The notes beneath the pieces were generated by a model. The model was not told where the DNA came from and searched no databases. It worked only from the letters and a program-made list of their open reading frames with translations. The translations under genes and the position numbers were made by a program. Of a stretch of 64,000 nucleotides of DNA, positions 60,366 through 64,000 are shown piece after piece (position 1 is the stretch's first letter; each line of letters begins with the position of its first letter). This DNA is from Vicugna vicugna (taxonomy: Eukaryota), in NCBI GenBank assembly GCA_013265495.1, contig MU057930.1, positions 195,599-259,598 on the forward strand, given 5' to 3'.

Positions 60366-62199
60366 CTGAAAAACAACTCGGACAAACATCTTACTGTTCG
60401 CGCGCCATGATGTTAGGGAGATGTGCAAGTTTTGTTTTGTTTTGTTTTGTTTGCAGCAAAAATGAAAGCGATCAGTGAAGGCAGGTTACAAGTTCACTGT
60501 TCGTTAGGCAAGGCACAGTGTAATGCACGTCTGTGCCCAGTGCCCTCGGTTTCACGTGCAGAGCCAGAGGCCCGTTCCCCGGTGTGATGCGTCGCACTCC
60601 GGGTCTGACTTAGGACCCACGTGCGTGTTCCGTGGCATCCAGATACAAGTCAGGATGCTTTTTCAATTAATTTAATTTTCATCCTGGAAGTTAGAGCTTC
60701 TTGAAGCCAAAGCATCTGTGTGATGTTGTGGAGATTTTTACTTTGGAGCCAAGGACGGTAATACTTTAAAAAAAAAAAAAGTCATCTTAATGAATTAGAG
60801 AAATCTTTCAAAGGCCTTTATGTGTGGACATAAATACAAAACCTCCAGGCCTGGCTTTCAGAGGGTGACGGTGCTTATTTATTATGGCTGATGAGGGGGA
60901 CCCAGATCCTTTGTGATACCACGCACTCCAGAAGCTTCTGGAATATTAAAGGCAGTGAAAAGATGTCACAGTGCAGTACAATTGGCAGAGGCTGGAGATT
61001 GGCCCGGTAGGGTCTTTCTTTTAAAAGTCATTGGGGTGAACTGGAAATTTCCTCAGGAAGTGTTGTTCGATGTTAATGCTGACACGAATCACATGTTTCT
61101 TTCATCTGTGCTTTATTTCTTTGGCTTACCTCAAGGTGCCAAAATGGCTGCAGCAGCTCCGGCATCCCCTTGCTCCACAAGAAGAGTCCTGGAGCTCCTC
61201 CTGTTTAGGACGGCCCAGGGCCCATACTCTCCATCAGCACCCCCCGCCCCACAAGACTGTGGCCAGGGGAGAGAGCAGGTAGTCATTGGCAGAGTCAAGG
61301 GTGAAAGGGGAGGGGTAGGGAAAAATGAAGAGGGGAGGTTGCTGGGAGGCGGGGCCCTCTCTGGCTGGGCATTCAACCCGGGTTAACTATAAGAAAGAAC
61401 ACCTCATAGGCAGGTTTTGTTTGTTTGTTTTCCTCTGAAAATCATCACATTATCTTCATGCTTGTAAACCACAATCATGTCTTGGGGATTCTGCTGGCCC
61501 AGGAAAAGAACCACCTTCTCCCTGCCTCCAGCTGTGTCTGCTCACACTGCCGGCCTTGTAAGGCAAGCTGTCTGAGGGCCCCTGGGGTGCGAGTCCAGGC
61601 ACCTGGGGCCAGGCGTGTCCCTGTGTGTGGCAGCAGCAGGACACGTGCAGGGAGGGCCTGGGGGAGGAGCCCTGAGTCACCCTGGGGAAGAGGGACCTGC
61701 TGGGGAAGGAGCTGACCCCAAGAAGCATAGGGTTTGGAGGGTGGAGTGCCAGAATGTGACTCAGGGATATTTCTCAGTCTGACACGGTGTTCCAGTACCC
61801 TGGAGGGACAGACAGAATTTTAAGCTACTGTCTTAATTAAAAAGAAAAAATCAGAAACCTGGGGCAGGAAAGTGCACCCATATTGTAGCTGCGGCTTGGG
61901 GCTGTCACCTCCCCTGCCCCCCGCCCCCAACCACGGCGCCAGCCTCATCGGATGGGGGTAGGCAAGACATGTCCCGTCCCTCCCCACTCCTGGCTTTGCC
62001 GGGAGACACTTCGGGAACGCGGAGACTCCTCCAAGAGAGGTCCTTGGTCAGGCTGGGAAGTCAGGGCTGGTGCGTTGCACCCCAAAACCCCACTGGTGCC
62101 TTGGGGCCTTGTTGGGGACCCCAGGCTGCTGCATCCAGGCAGGGGGTCCGCACCTAACAGGGAAGGGAGGAGGGGCTTCACCCTGCTCTCAGGAGAGGC

Positions 62200-63470
62200 G
62201 GGCCTGGGGATCCCGTTAAAGAGGCGTGGACGGAGGTGGGGGGCGCCCAGTTTCCCAGCAGGGGCGGAGTTTCGTTTTCCGTCTCCTCCGGGTAGGGATC
62301 ACCCCTGGGGGCGCAGGCCCCTCTCCCGCTCCGTGCGCCCGCCCAGCAGCTCCCGAGCTCCCGCCCCCTAGTGCTTCCTGGGACCGCGGGCGGGGCCGGC
62401 TCGGGCCGGGGCGGGGCGACCGCGCCGCGGCCTCACCCCTCCCCGCCGCCGGCCCCTTCCCGGGCTGGGGGAGTTCCTCCCGCCGCCAGCCGCCCGCGCG
62501 CGCCGCTCCCGGGACGGTCCCTGCGCGGCGCGGGGCGCACCATGGCTCGCCGGGCTGTCTGCGCGCTGCTGCTGGTCGGCCTGCTCGGCACCCTGCTGCC
62601 CGCTCGCGGTGAGTGCGCGCCGGGGGCGCGGCGCGGGCTGGGGGACCCGCTTGGAGCCCGCGCCGGGACTCCAGGGAAGGGCCAGACCGGGGGAAGGGAG
62701 GGGGCGAAACTTGTGGGGCCCTCCTTGTTGAGGGGGACATACTTTGGGGCACACTGCGTGGGGGACGCACTTCGGGGGTCGCACTGGGGGTTTACATGGG
62801 GGTGGGAGGCGCGTGGAGGGAGGCGCGCCGGGGTCCCGGGGCGCCCCTCCCCGCCGGCCGGACGCGCCGCGCCCGCGGGCGGCCACCGCCCCGCTGCCGT
62901 CCCCAGCTCCCTCGCTGCGCGCCTTTGGACTCACTCCAGAGGCCGAAAGTCAGCGTTTGTCTTCAGATCCACAAACTCTTAAGAGTTAGAGGCTCCTGGG
63001 CGAGCGGCGGCACCCGACGCCCCCCCCCCCACTTCCCGCGGGATCCCCTTTCGCTCCCGGGGCGCGCCCCCGCGCCCCTGCAGCTGCCCCGTCCCCCGAC
63101 CCCGGCCAGCGCCGGCCCGGCCCTGCGACCCCCCCATCCGGAGCCGCCTCCCGGAGCCACGCCCTGCGGCCTGGGCCTAAATTTGGACTCGTCCCGGGAG
63201 CCCGAAGCCGGGCAGGGGAAGGGGGGCGGGGGGAGTCAAAATACTCGGCGCCGTGGGCACGGTCCTCACCGCTCTGCGTGTCCTGGCCGCGCGGCTCGGC
63301 GCAGAGCGACTCCGGCCAGAGACACGCGCTCTCCCCGGTCGCCGCGCGTGCCCCGTGTGTCCGAGCGCAGGACCCAGACAGTCACAGAGCGAAGTGTCAG
63401 GGGGCGGGCAGGACGCCAGGGCCCCCACGCTCGCCGCCGAAGCTGGCTTCCTCCCCGCCGTCGCGCGCAT
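62200..63470. promoter_or_regulatory. CpG island / CD99 promoter and start of intron 1
   Basis: Very high GC and CpG density, GGGCGG boxes (e.g. ~62262, ~62388, ~62408), surrounds the CD99 ATG. Confidence 0.85.
62542..62608 (+). CDS. CD99: CD99 coding exon 1 (signal peptide MARRAVCALLLVGLLGTLLPAR); rest of gene lies beyond the window
   Basis: Strong Kozak gcgcaccATGG, 22 codons + 1 nt, then donor G|GTGAGT. Hydrophobic signal peptide closely resembles human CD99 MARGAALALLLFGLLGVLVAAP (recalled). Lies in a CpG island. Confidence 0.88.
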
Positions 63471-64000
63471 TTTTCTCCTTCTCCTTTTAAAATGGAAGTC
63501 GAGGTCTTAACTTTCCTGCAGTCTCTCTCTGAAGTGCTGGGGTCCTGCTGGGCGTGGCTTAAAAAAATACTCGCTCTCTGCAGTTAAGGGTCGGTTTTTC
63601 CTTGTTGACATGGTTGCTTCTCAGTGGACAGGCACACAGGCCGGCGTCGTTTTAGGATTCAGGAGAGGGGGGTGGGGGTGGGCACACTTTAGGACCCAGA
63701 CACAGGGCAGAGAGGGCCTGGTCTGCACCTGGAAATTTCCAGCTCAGCGCTAGAGGCTGGATTTTGAATTCTGCCCCACCCGACCCTGACTCCCCCATTT
63801 TTGCTCTCCAGAGGATTTGCACATTGATGTGTGCACTTTTTTCGATGTGTCCCATGCATTCTAGAAGTTGTGCGTTCTGGTGGAGAATCATAAAAAAAAA
63901 AAAAATCCAGCCTGACCCCCGGGGACCTCTTGGAAGAGTTTAGAGTTGGCTGGGTGGGGAGGGCCAGGAACGGGTCCCTGCTTTCCTTCGCCAAATCCCA

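Noticed and set aside
62613..63587. 324-aa ORF and overlapping long ORFs
   Set aside because: Stop-poor CpG-island sequence in CD99 intron 1
1..64000. Prokaryotic systems (CRISPR, operons, rRNA)
   Set aside because: The sequence is clearly mammalian; no repeat-spacer arrays or rRNA found

Overview
Mammalian genomic DNA, most likely camelid, judging from the tRNA-Ala-derived vic-1-type SINEs and the L1 3' ends. The content fits the X/Y pseudoautosomal region just upstream of CD99: GC/CpG-rich, with many (GGAT)n/(GATA)n arrays. The only intact coding sequence I can support is CD99 exon 1 (62542-62608, +), inside a CpG island. Most of the rest looks intergenic, but the minus strand holds two large decayed multi-exon genes in tandem. 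(1) A GREB1/GREB1L-family relic at ~43.9-60.4 kb, head-to-head with CD99, with about ten collinear motif remnants of the GREB1 C-terminal half. (2) An MGA-like relic (T-box, MGA conserved domain, possible bHLH-Zip) at ~9.7-42 kb, with its own CpG island, many intact splice sites, a poly(A) signal, an exon split by an L1 and a ~625-bp tandem duplication of two exons. These family calls come from by-eye comparison with GREB1/GREB1L/MGA/TBX6 sequences recalled from memory and need alignment to confirm. Repeat boundaries are approximate unless a TSD is given. There are five assembly gaps.
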